Shown piece after piece: positions 1-10,958 of a stretch of DNA of 14,692 nt. This DNA comes from Paraspadella gotoi (lineage: Eukaryota; Animalia; Chaetognatha). The notes below the pieces were generated by a model. It did not search any database, was not told the origin of the DNA, and saw nothing but the letters and a program-made list of their open reading frames with translations. Location: the NCBI GenBank assembly GCA_051294375.1, contig JBJCIZ010001088.1, positions 1 to 14,692 of the forward strand, given 5' to 3'. The position numbers and the translations under genes are program-made. Numbering within the stretch: position 1 is the stretch's first letter; the number at the start of each line of letters is the position of its first letter.

Positions 1-269
1 TAAACAAATGGAGGACAATAAGCGGATATGATGTACTTATAATAGGAACTCAAAATGGCCTGTGTTATAAACATAAAATCAGAAACCGAAACTAAACGTT
101 TTTTTTAGCCAGCTTCATGAAGAACTGGTACGATAAGAATATATTTCATATGAAATTGGTACAACGGCAATCATATCAATGGTATTGTTATTTACGTTCG
201 TTACCTATTAATATATTCATTTTTTCATGCTGTATAAATTTATTCAATCGATTAATCTTGTAATTTTAT

Positions 270-420
270 CAATTCATTCATTCATTCATTCATTTCATTC
301 ATTCATTCATTCATTCATTCATTCTTCATTTCATTCATTCATTCATTCAATTTATTCATTCATTCATTATCATTCATTCCCTTCGTTTCATTCATTTCTT
401 CTTTCATTCATTCATCATTC
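270..420. repeat. (TTCA)n / (CATT)n tetranucleotide microsatellite, degenerate
   Basis: Direct reading: attcattcattcattcattcatttcattc...; explains the FIHS repeats of ORF 227..523. Confidence 0.95.
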
Positions 421-710
421 TCTCACTCGCTCGCCCTCTTCTCTCTCTCTCTCCGACCTCCTTCTTCCTATCTCTTCCTTCCGTCGCCGAAAACCTTCAC
501 CTTCGTTTCATTACCCGGAGTAAAGAAAAGAAAACTCGGTTTTCTTTTTACAAAGTCGGTTTTCTGTCCTAATGACTCTTTAGGGCCGAGAGATGGAAGG
601 AGAGAGAGCCATGGAGAGAGAAGAGATATGACAGAATGAAGAGAAGACGAGATGTCTTACACGTGCGAGACAGTATAGATGAGATCACTGAAGATTGCCA
701 GATCGAAGAA

Positions 711-729
711 GAGAGAGAGAGAGAGAGAG
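711..729. repeat. (GA)n microsatellite at the end of a purine-rich tract (~590-745)
   Basis: gagagagagagagagagag read directly. Confidence 0.9.
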
Positions 730-1009
730 TGGGATGTTAGAGAGAAAAATCGTGGTAAAGCAGCAAAAACTTTGTAAAAAAAAACACGGAAACGGTTATT
801 CCAAGTGCTTGCGCCGTCAATTACCTTTTCTTTTTACTTCTCGATGTAATTAATTTTACATAGTTTATAAGATTTTCTTATAAAAACAAAAGGCGGCGCC
901 AGTAGTCGCTTAGATATTGATTTTTTTTAACAAATGAGCAACAAACTATATAACACATTCGATAAGCGCTAAAGTGCTGATTAATACGACTCAGTTTAAC
1001 GTCAAGATG

Positions 1010-1144
1010 GTAACAGACTGAACAGACAGACATTACCAGACGGTACAACAGACTGTACCAATAACTTTATATCAAATATAAGCTCCGGACCGAAAAAGTG
1101 ACTTGTAGAGGTTGCTCCGCGAGTATTTCGATGCCGCAATAAAA
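1010..1144 (+). mobile_element. Possible terminal remnant of a Helentron-associated non-autonomous element (HINE/DINE-1-like)
   Basis: Short CAGA-type core (acagactgaacagacagac), then aaaagtgacttgtagaggttgctccgc...gcaataaaa. This gives the microsatellite core, short stem-loop (ttgc/gcaa) and A-run layout typical of HINE ends. Assignment is by architecture only. Confidence 0.3.
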
Positions 1145-1691
1145 GCGAAGCACTTAGTGATTAGGCAAAAAGAGCGTGGGTTATGGATTTAGCGGACAGG
1201 GGCAACTATTTCATGTTCCACTTTAAAACTTTTTATTTTTGCTTAAAAGGTATATAAGTTTTAACTCTTTAAGCTCTATTTCAGAATCAATTAAAAATAT
1301 TTAAAAAAAATATTTAAAAAACTTAACATTATTATAGCAACTTTAAATTAGACGAATGCCTCTATGTGTTTGCAAAAAAAATATTTTAAACACAATAATG
1401 AACACCAAAAATGGATTTGTAATAAAAGGCTGTTCCCATTAAATTTTAAATTTTGTCGGCTAAAAGCTAGTTTAAGCAAATGACATCCATCACCAATTGT
1501 CTAAGAAATGCTCCGTTCCGCCTCCAACGGAGTCCCGCTCCTTCCGACCTAATTCTCAAAGGTTTTTTCTCCACTTAATGAAAAATTAAAAGCCCTCAGA
1601 GTCAAAATTTCATCGGCGGAGACCTTCCCTTTATTTTCTAATCCACCTTCTTTTTATTAATTTTATTTTCTCTATTCACTTCGCATTTACA

Positions 1692-1767
1692 ATCACCTGA
1701 TCACCTGATCAAAAAACTAGATCACCTGATTCCCCTGATCACCTGATTCCCCTGATCTCCTGATCAC
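1692..1767. repeat. Minisatellite of 8-9 bp units (ATCACCTG / ATTCCCCTG)
   Basis: atcacctg atcacctg atc...atcacctg attcccctg atcacctg attcccctg atctcctg atcac read directly. Confidence 0.9.
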
Positions 1768-2284
1768 GCCTCCTCGTACTCTTTTTGACTTCGACGATGC
1801 TTTCACCCGAGTCCCGCCTTTTTCTCCCTACTTTCTATATTAATTCGTTCAGCTTCCAACTCCAGCCAATCTTAACTTACCCACAACTTTTCTTTTTCAT
1901 TGCCTACTGGCTCAACACCCAAAAACCCACCTTTCGACCTCTTTATCACCCCTTACCCTCCATTACCCCCTCTTTCCCACCCCCCTTAACTCAAAACGGA
2001 ATTGCGGTCGGAAATTCTCTCCGCCGACAAACAAAACGTCAAACAATGAACACCTGCGTCAGGAAAATTCCCCGTTCCCTTTTCACGTTTCCGCCCATCG
2101 ACCCTTTTCGAAAGATGTTCACAAACTTCTTCTCTTCTTCATTCTTAAATCCCTCGAAACTTGTCTTTCCTAAAGTCCGATAAAATCTTTACTTTCGCCT
2201 GTCAGAAAACGAAACGCATCCGGTTTTCCTAATTTCCTTTAAAATCTGTTCTTTATCCGTTCTACTTTTTGAAAGACCCTTCTC

Positions 2285-2640
2285 AACAATTCCCTCTCCT
2301 ATTCAAACCCTGCATGGGCGCATGGCTATGGCGGCCATGGCGCCATGTCGCGATGGCATCTCCCTGCCTTTTATTTTCTGCCACGCCTCCAACCCAATTT
2401 CATTGTTCCCCCCCCCAATGCTGCCTTGTTCGCTATCGTTTAGGCCACCTTGTGATCCGCGAAACCCAGCTGAGCTTGGATTACCCTTTCCCCTTTCCCT
2501 TTCCCCGGGGGAATAGCTCTTCCCCGCTTTCGAGTGTCTGCACTCCTCACGGATTCCAGGGCGATAAAGTTTTCCCCTCTCAGAGGTCTGTGCCTCTATA
2601 GACTTTCGGCTTTTCATCTACGCTGCGAATTGTCTTCTTC
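2285..2640 (-). mobile_element. Degenerate non-LTR retrotransposon ORF1 (gag-like) fragment with broken CCHC zinc knuckle, R1-clade-like
   Basis: Manual minus-strand translation reads ...FADHKVA*TIANKAALGGGTMKLGWRRGRK*KAGRCHR (MKLGW at 2403-2389, Cys at 2358-2356). Allowing frameshifts it continues WRHG-x-IAMR-(P)-C (2314-2312)-RGLNRRGNC (2288-2286). This follows the R1-type ORF1 pattern G-K-I-K-I-G-W...R-C-x-R-C-W-x-x-G-H-x-A-x-x-C-x-G-x-D-R-x-x-x-C. Stops and indels are present. Confidence 0.55.
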
Positions 2641-2838
2641 GTTAACTTTTTCTTCTCTTCTCTTCACTTTCTCTTCCTCTCCCATCTTCTCCTTCACTTT
2701 CTCTTCTCTTCTCTTCTCTTTCACTTCTCTTTCTCTTCTCTTCTCTTCTCTTCTCTTCTCTTCTCTTCACTTCTTCTTCTCTTCTCTTCTCTTCTCTTCT
2801 CTTTCTCTTCTCTTTTCTTCTCTTTCACTTTTCTTTTC
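2631..2838. repeat. (TTCTC)n-type pyrimidine microsatellite
   Basis: ctcttctcttctcttctc... read directly; produces the SSLLF repeats of ORF 2534..2890. Confidence 0.95.
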
Positions 2839-2899
2839 TATTTTTATTCTTCAGTACAAAAAACTTCCAGTTTTACCAATGTTTTACTGAACGTCTATT

Positions 2900-3537
2900 T
2901 ATTTCCTAGTTGCTACAACTTTATTAATACAACAATCCGACCGACTGACCTAAACATTCTGAAGCTTCAAAGCCGCCTTTTCACAGCCTCACCTTTTAAA
3001 TGTCAACATCCTTTCGAAAGGCAATATTCTTTGCCAATAGTCCTCACTCCTCACTCCTCACTACCTCACTCCTCATCTTACTTGCAGATTTAAATTTCAA
3101 CTTAAATTCCAACCTTATATCAACTTGATACTTAACTTTCAATATTCAATTACAAATTCTCATTTTAAATCTCAAATTTAATTTTAAACTTCAAAGTCTC
3201 AATCTTCTCTTCTTCATTCCACTCGAACTAATTCACGAAATGTCCGTCTCAGCGTCGCTCCGTTCGCTAAACTATTTCACCTTTTTCCTCACCTTTTACT
3301 TTCCTATCTCTGTCAACTTCACCTGCCTTGTTCCCTACTTTGGATTACATATCTTGGAAATCATGCTTGTTAAATATCTTAACTTTCCTTCCACGTCTAT
3401 GATTTAAGTTTCCTCCTCCACCTTTTTTCTACATTCGTTCGTCTTCAAAACGGTTTTCCCTCTTTCAACTCCCCACTCCTAACCTCCACCTCCACCTTAC
3501 CTTTAACTTTCCCTACCTCACCTCGTTTGGGCGTCAT
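2900..3537 (-). pseudogene. Possible upstream part of the same decayed ORF1
   Basis: The purine-rich minus strand has short peptide-like stretches: MTPKRGEVGKVKGKVEVEV from ATG at 3537, and LKLQNV*VSRSDCCINKVVATRK near 2970-2902. The latter loosely resembles the I-x-x-I-R-K-T-R motif upstream of R1-type knuckles. Many stops. Confidence 0.25.
3041..3075. repeat. 7-bp tandem repeat (CCTCACT) x~5
   Basis: tcctcactcctcactcctcactacctcactcctca read directly. Confidence 0.85.
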
Positions 3538-3755
3538 CGCACGCGTATCCTCTAAAACGCGCGCCGCCCACCTTTCACACACTTCTCGCCTTCACGACTT
3601 TTTCACCGGTTTTTTTCTCAAAGAGGAGAATTAATTTATCTTTCTTTACCTATTTTTTACCCTTTTTTTTCTTTATTTTTTTCTCCTTGTAAAAAGCAAA
3701 AAAAAAACATTGACGGAGGAGTCGCCAAAAACGAAAGGAAGAGGCTCTTCTGTGC

Positions 3756-3800
3756 TCGTCGTCGTCGTCTTTCGTCGTCGTCTTCGTCGTCGTCGTCGTC
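3756..3800. repeat. (GTC)n microsatellite with periodic TTC interruptions
   Basis: tcgtcgtcgtcgtctttcgtcgtcgtcttcgtcgtcgtcgtcgtc read directly. Confidence 0.9.
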
Positions 3801-4189
3801 ACATTGTAGTCCCGCTTATCTCGGAAAAGGAAAATCAACCAAACGCAAAATGACGGCAACAAAAATTAAACTAGAATAACGAAGAATAACGAATAACGGG
3901 AGTTCGCTTCAATGTCATCTTTTATTTTATTATGCCCACCGTCCAGTATTGATTAATTTGCATCAACGAAAGGCGCAAAATCGAGTAAATGTAATTTAAG
4001 CACCTCAATTAGCGGAAAAACGCGTAGGTATGTATAAATCTTTAAAATATGAATGAAAAAATCTTTTATTTTTTTAAGCAAAAAATTAAAAAAAAAAAAG
4101 TCAAAACAAAACAAACAACAACAACGACGACAAAAAAATCGGAAATCATTCGAGGACGTTCCAACGCAGACGCGTTTTGGAGTCCCTTC

Positions 4190-4204
4190 ATCTCTTCTCT
4201 CTCT

Positions 4205-4241
<37 letters not shown>

Positions 4242-4277
4242 TCTCTCTCTCTCTCTCTTCTCTCTCTACTCTCTCTC
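4190..4277. repeat. (TC)n microsatellite
   Basis: Direct reading. Confidence 0.95.
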
Positions 4278-4482
4278 ATCATATTTTCCAAAGAGAGGAC
4301 TCGGCAACCGCCAGCATTTTTTTCCTTGCGCTTTGTTGGATTGTCGTTTGTTTTTATATTTTTGCGCGAAGTTTGTGTGAAACTTCACGTTAATCTTAAT
4401 TTATTAAATTGAACTTAATAATAAAACGAATTTGAACTTAAAAAGGAAAACCACTAAGAAGGGCAAAGGGAAAGCGAGCAGC

Positions 4483-4486
<4 letters not shown>

Positions 4487-4534
<48 letters not shown>

Positions 4535-4638
4535 TGAGAGAGAGAATAGTAGTGAGAGAGAGCAGAGAAGAGAGAGAGAAGGAGAGAAAAAGAGAGAGAC
4601 GAGAGAGAGACAGAGAGAGCATGAGAGGAGAGAGAGAG
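4487..4638. repeat. (GA)n microsatellite, degenerate
   Basis: Direct reading; source of the RERERE and SLSLSL ORFs. Confidence 0.95.
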
Positions 4639-5793
4639 AAAGCCAAGAGAATAGTCGGAAAAAAGGAATTTAGGTTCAAACGGTTTTGCGTTTATAAAGT
4701 TAAAATACAAAAACAAAATTAAGGTAAATTCGCTCAAAAAACGAAACAACCTATTGTAGCCAAATAACAAAATGAGCAGGAAGAAAGGAAAAAAGAAAAA
4801 CGTTCGGATATTGACGGCTTGACGTCGACATTTTGAGGGCCACCAGGTGCGAGCTAGAAATAAAAAAAAAGAAAATAAAAACAAATCGAGCGCGAGAACG
4901 AGCTGGATCGGGCCGGAGAGAAAAAAAAAAACAATCGGCAGGAAAAAGTGAGGAAAGGCAAAACCATTCGCCCCTCTCGGTGAAACGGGACGAAGCAAAT
5001 GAAAACTCTCAGGATCGAGAAAGAAATTCCGCCTGGCCCTCCCCCCCATTGGTTCCACTTGTTTCCACGCAATATATCGAGTCCATTCAGCAACGGAAAC
5101 CAAAAAAAAAAGCCTCTTGCATTCTCGAGATGGTAATCGTCGATCCAACCCAGTATAACGTCCAGAAGCATACGCCTTCTCTTTCAACAGTTTGGAGCGT
5201 GAAATATTGAAAATCGTGCAGGAATTTCACATGAGCATCTCCCCCATCGACCCAAGTTGTCGTTTTGAAACCGAAACACGAACTGCTACCGAGTTCGTAT
5301 TTTGTCGTCAGCAAACAATCATAGTGCACATCAACCTTTTGCACCTTATCTGAAATTAACTCATCCGGATTTATAACTTTTATATATATAAAATATTCAC
5401 TCCAACTTACGAAAGCGATCATCTTTAAAAAGATTTTTGGCTTCCGAATCCCGTTGTCTTAGTGACCCCTTAAAAGCAATCCTAAGAAGTTATCATCTCT
5501 ATCTCCCGTCTTTTCTTCGCCCATGTCAAATATTTGTCTTATCTCGCTTATCCCCACTTTCTCCTTCCCTCCATAAGCCGTCTGTATTCCACGCTCCCAC
5601 AGCGCCCCCATTCCACTCCGCTCACTATTCCACGCCCCTAATGCGAAGTCCCTTATCCGCCAGCCTCTTACCGTCCATTCTTGAAGCAAACAGTCATTAC
5701 TCTGACGTCGTTTTGTTGGCCACTCGACGTCGGGGAAGGAAAATTAAGTCCAAATTCGTAAAACGCCAGGAAACGAGAGAAAATATAATCCGG

Positions 5794-5838
5794 GGAGAGA
5801 GAGAGGAGAGAGAGAGATGAGAGAGAGGAGAGGAGAGA

Positions 5839-5870
<32 letters not shown>

Positions 5871-5912
5871 AGAGAGAGAGAGAAAGAGAGAGAGAGAGAA
5901 GAAGATAGAGAG
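5794..5912. repeat. (GA)n microsatellite, degenerate
   Basis: Direct reading. Confidence 0.95.
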
Positions 5913-6662
5913 ACTTTGTAAAACCACATCGAAAATGGAAATTCAAGTAATCGAGCAAACATTTAGAACGTTATTTCCTAAAAAAAATATAGAAAATGCG
6001 ATGAATAAATGTTTATTGTTTTCAGTTAAAAAGTCTTATTCTCAAAGGCTTTTTTTATTCCAAATCTTTATTGTCTTTTTTAGCGCGCACGAAAAATACG
6101 AATAACGAATAAAAATTACTTTTCGATGTTAATCCAAAAATACAAAAAAGAGTTATAAAGCAAAAGTAAAACAACGAAAACTTAAGAAAAATAACGTTGA
6201 GAATAAACAGCTTATATTTTCATTTTTATAGAAAGAGCGAGAAAGTCTTTCTTGAACTTGCATAGTTTTTCTGATGAGGTATCATGTTCTAAGAGGGATG
6301 GATTCCTATACCACTATAGCAAAAATGGCTTGCCCATTCTTAATTAATATTGCTTCTTCTGACTTTCATGGAAATTCTTGAAAAAGTTAGACTAGCTTAA
6401 ATGTCATTTAGCTTACTTATCAATCATTATCATATTTCTTTTTCATTTTTTCATCTCCCTCTTTTTCTTCCTTTCTTCTCTCCATTTCTTTCTTTCCTCT
6501 TCTCACCCACTAATCCATCCTCGCTTTCCTCTTCCTCTTCCTTCCTCCTCCTTCCTCCACCGGCATTTCGCCTTTTTCAGCAAATCTCAGCGGCACAATT
6601 TATTTCGCTGCTTCGAACTTTCTTAGTTTTGCAGACCAGAATTCAGAGAAAAAAAATGGTTT

Positions 6663-7130
6663 ACGACGACGACGACAACGACGACGACGACGGCACGACG
6701 AAGCTGATGGTGATTTAACTACAACACGACGATAATTTGTCGACGACAATGATGATGCATATTGATGACGATGATGACGGACGACGACTTAGACTATCAG
6801 AATTGCTTCCAACTACTATGATGAAGGCCTGTTACAGATAGAAAAAGATTATTAAAACTAAAAACGTCTACAATTTTAACGGTATAATGACGGACAAATG
6901 AACAAATAAAGAAGAACTCTGAAACATTCTAACACCCACGAAAAATACAACGGAATAAAAGAAGTAAGTGAGACGAAATCCACGACGACGACGACAACTA
7001 CGACGACGACGACGAATGAGGTTAATGATAAAAAGAAGGCGAAAAGAAAAAAAAGGAAAGGATAATGAGAAAACAGGAAGAGAAGGCGACGTGGACGACG
7101 ACGCACGACGACTACCGACGACGACGACTA
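6663..7130. repeat. Clusters of (GAC)n / (GAT)n trinucleotide repeats
   Basis: gacgac tracts at ~6663-6700, 6740-6788, 6982-7015 and 7087-7130. Confidence 0.85.
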
Positions 7131-7238
7131 CCATCGATTATAAGTATAACGACAGCGGTAAAGAAGACTCGACGATTTATAAACAAGTTTGTCTTGAAGA
7201 AATGGATTGGTGTTCGTTGTTTTGTAAATGATTAAGGT

Positions 7239-7340
7239 TGATGATGATGATGATGATGATGATTGATGATGATGCATTGCATTGGATGATGATGATTGAT
7301 GATGATTGATAATGATGATGATATGTGATGATGATCATGA
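7239..7340. repeat. (GAT)n microsatellite, degenerate
   Basis: tgatgatgatgatgatgat... read directly. Confidence 0.9.
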
Positions 7341-7626
7341 CGACGAAGAAATGTGATGAATATCTATAATGATAATTAGATGTGAGGATTGGACAGTTTT
7401 GAAGATAAATAACAGACAGATTCATTATTCAATTTCAATAATTCGACGACTATACATATTTGGACAATTTATTTTCGGCCGGTAAAAACAACGCTGACGG
7501 ACGACGATCTCAAAGACCAACGACGACGACGGCGTGAAGAGGCGCGGTCTAACGTCAAACTCGACGTGGATTCGTTCGCATCTTCTGTTTTCGTCGCTCC
7601 TCCTTCGTTCCACATCGCGCCATCAA

Positions 7627-10600
7627 ATACCCCACAGAGGCTCGAATTATAACGCAGCCACCCTGCAAAATTTCCCTAACTCCTCTTCGCCTTGCCAATC
7701 AAGTATATACACAGAGCCTGAATTATAAGCACCATCCCTGGCAAAATTCCCTAACTCCTCCATTCGCCCTGCCTCAACTATATAGTATACACAGAGGCTC
7801 GAATTATTAAGCACACCCTGCAAAAATTCCCTAACTTCCTCTTTCGCCCTGCCCATAAGATTCAATATACACAGGAGGCTCGAATTATTAAGCACCACCC
7901 TGCAAAATTCCCTAACTCCTCCATTCGCCCTGCCAATTCAAGTATATACACAGAGGCGTCGAATTATAAGCACCACCACTTGCAAAATTCCCTAAACTCC
8001 TCCATTCGCCCTCAATCAAGTATTATACACAGAGGCATCGAATTATAAGCCACCACCTGCAAAATTCTCCTAACTCCTCCATTCGCCCCTGCCAATCAGA
8101 TATAGTATACACAGAGGCTCGAATTATTAAGCACCACCTGCCAAAATCCCTAACTCCTTCATTCGCCCTGCAATCAAGATTTATACACAGAGGCTCGAAT
8201 TATAAGCACCACCCTGCAAAATTCCCTAACTCCTCATTCGCCTGCCAATCAAGTATACACAGAGGCTCGAATTATAAGCACCACCTGCCAAAAATTCCCT
8301 ACAACTCCTCATTCGCCCTGGCCAATCAAGTTTATACACGAGGCTCGAATTATTAAGCACCCACCCTGCAAAATTCCCTAACTCCTCCTTCGCCCTGCCA
8401 TTCAAGATAATATACACAGAGGCCTCGAATTATAAGCACCACCCTTGCAAAAATTCCCTAATCTCCTCTTTCGCCCTTGCCAATCAAAGTATCTATAACC
8501 AGAGGCTCTAGAATTAATAAGCACCACCTGCAAAATTCCCTAACTCCTCTTTCGCCCTTGGCCAATCAAGTTTTATACACAGAGCATTCGAATTATAAAG
8601 CACCACCCTGCCCAAAAATTCCCCTAACTCCTCATTCGCCCTGCCAATCAAGTAATATATACACAGAGGCTCGAATTATAAGCACCACCCTGCAAAATTC
8701 CCTAACTCCTCCATTCGCCCTGCCAATCAAGTATATATACACAGAGGCTCGAAATTATAAGCCACCACCCTGCAAATTCCCAACCCTCTATTCGCCCTTG
8801 CCAATCAAGATATTACACAGAGGCCTCGAATTATAAGCACCACCTTGCCAAAATTTCCCTAACTCTCTCTTCGCCCTGCCAATCAATTAGTATATCAACA
8901 CAGAGCTCGAATTATAAGCACCACCCTTGCAAAATTCCTAACTCTCCATTCGCCTGCCAATCAAGATCTATATACACAGAGGCTCGAATTATAAGCACCA
9001 CCCTGCCAAAATTCCCTAACTCCTCCATTCGCCCTGCCAATCAAGTATATACACAGAGGCTCGGAATTTAAGCACCACCCTGCCAAAATTCCCTAAAACT
9101 CCTTCTTCGCCCTGCCCAATCAAGAAATATTACACACGACGGCTCGATTATAAGCACCACCCTGCAAAATTCCCTAACTTCCTTCTTCGCCCTGCCAATT
9201 CAAGATATATATACACAGAGGCTCGAATTATAAGGCACCACCCTGCAAAATTCCCTAACTCCTCTTCGCCCTGCCAATCATTAATATACACAGCCAGGCT
9301 CGAATTTATAAGCACCACCCTGCAAATTCCCTAACTCCTCATTCGCCTTGCCAATTCAAGTTATATATACACAGAGGCTCGAATGTATAAGCACCACCCT
9401 GCAAAAATTCCCTAACTCCTCTTCGCCCTAGCCAATCAAGTATATACACAGAGGCTCGAATTATAAGCAACCACCCTGCAAAATCCCTAACTCCTCCTTC
9501 GCCCTGGCCAAAATCCCAAGTATATTTAAAAAACAACAAAGAGGGCTCGATTATTAAGCACCAACCCTGCAAAATTCCCTAACTCCTCTTCGCCCTTGCC
9601 ACATCAAGTTATCTTATACACAGAGGCTCGAATTATAAGCACCACCCTGCAAAATGCCCTAACTCTCTTTCGGCCCCCTGCCAAATTCCAAAAGTTTAAT
9701 ATTTACACCAAGAGGGCTTCGAATTAAAGCACCCACCCTGCAAAATCCCCTAACTCCTCTCATCGCCCTGCCAATCAAAGTATATATACACAAGAGGCTC
9801 GAATTTATAATGCACCACCCTGCAAAATTCCCATAACTCCTCCTTCCCCTGCCATCAAGTTATAACACAGAGGCTGAATTATAAGCACCACCCTGCAAAA
9901 TTCCCTAACTCTCCATTCGCCCTCTGCGCCAATCAATAATAGTATACACAGAGGCTCGAATTATTAAAGCACCACCCTTGCAAAATTCCCCTAACTCCTC
10001 TTCGCCCTGCCAATCAAAGATATACACAGAGGCTCAGAATTATAAAGCACCACCCTGCAAATTCCCCTAACTCCTCATTCCGCCCTGGCCAATCAAGTAT
10101 ATTCACACAGAGCTCGAATTATAAGCACCACCCTGCCAAAATTCCTTTAACTCCTCTCTTCGCCCTGCCAATCAAGTAATTATACACAGAGGCTCGAATT
10201 ATAAAGCACCACCCTGCAAAATTCCCTAACTCCTCCATTCGCGCCTGCCAATCAAGATTTATACACAGAGGCTTCGAATTATAAGCACCACCCCTGCAAA
10301 ATTCCCTAACTCCTCCATTCGCCCTGCATCAAGTACATAGTATACACAGAGGCTCTGAATTATAAGCCACCACCCTGCAAAATTCCCTAACTCCTCTTTC
10401 GCCCTGCCAATCAAGTATTATACACAGATGGCTCGAATTATAAGCCCCACCTGACAAATTCCCGTACTCCTCCTTCGCCCTGCCAATCAAGATATATACA
10501 CAGAGGCTCGAATTATAAGCACCACCCTGCCCAAAAATTCCCTAACTCCTCTCATTCGCCCTGACCAATCAAGTATAATACACAGAGGCTCGAATTATAA

Positions 10601-10958
10601 AGCACCACCTTGCAAAATTCCCTAACTCCTCATTCTGCCCTGCCAATCAAGTATATACACAGATGGCTCGAATTTATAAGCAACCACCTCTCAAAATTCC
10701 CTAACTCCTCTTCGCCCTGCGCAATTCAAGTAATATACACAGAGGGCTCGGAATTATAAGGCACCCACCCTGCAAAAATTCCCTAACTCCTCTTCGCCCT
10801 GCCAATTCAAGGATATATACACAGAGGCTCGAATTATAAGCACCACCCTGCAAAATTCCCTAACTCCTCATTCGCCCTGCCAATTCAAGTATACACAGAG
10901 GCTTCGAATTATAAGCACCACCCTGCAAAATTCCCTAACTCCTCATTCGCCCTGCCCA
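7627..10958. repeat. Tandem satellite/minisatellite array, 42 copies of a ~75-77 bp unit
   Basis: Consensus TATACACAGAGGCTCGAATTATAAGCACCACCCTGCAAAATTCCCTAACTCCTC(C)ATTCGCCCTGCCAATCAAGTA. I counted 42 CAGAGGCTCGAATT-like anchors by hand. Units are head-to-tail with no unique spacers, and the observed mean period is ~79 bp. Confidence 0.97.

Noticed and set aside
520-551. Hairpin aaaagaaaac-tcg-gttttctttt as a terminator
   Set aside because: Low-complexity A/T arms in eukaryotic DNA with no upstream gene.
1768-1781. HDV-like ribozyme L3 motif GCCTCCTCGT
   Set aside because: The flanking bases (GCC/ACT) cannot form P3, and no P1/P2 pseudoknot is evident.
2320-2358. Cluster of six ATGGC/GCCAT (Pho/YY1-like) motifs as a Polycomb response element
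   Set aside because: Better explained as codons of the decayed zinc knuckle on the minus strand; motif presence alone is not evidence.
227-7425. Low-complexity ORFs (FIHS, SSLLF, SLSL, RERE, poly-R/T/D/V/I)
   Set aside because: All are translations of (TTCA)n, (TC)n, (GA)n, (GAC)n or (GAT)n tracts with no recognisable domain.
7647-9572. ORFs within the satellite (7647..7898, 8226..8417, 8477..8836, 9339..9572)
   Set aside because: Chance read-through of repeat units; the frame is not preserved between units.
7670-10945. Telomeric repeat (CCCTAA / CCTAA in each unit)
   Set aside because: Only one motif per ~76-bp unit and never tandem, so not evidence for a telomeric array.
7627-10958. CRISPR array
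   Set aside because: Units are contiguous with no unique spacers, the unit is ~76 bp, there are no cas genes, and the context is eukaryotic.
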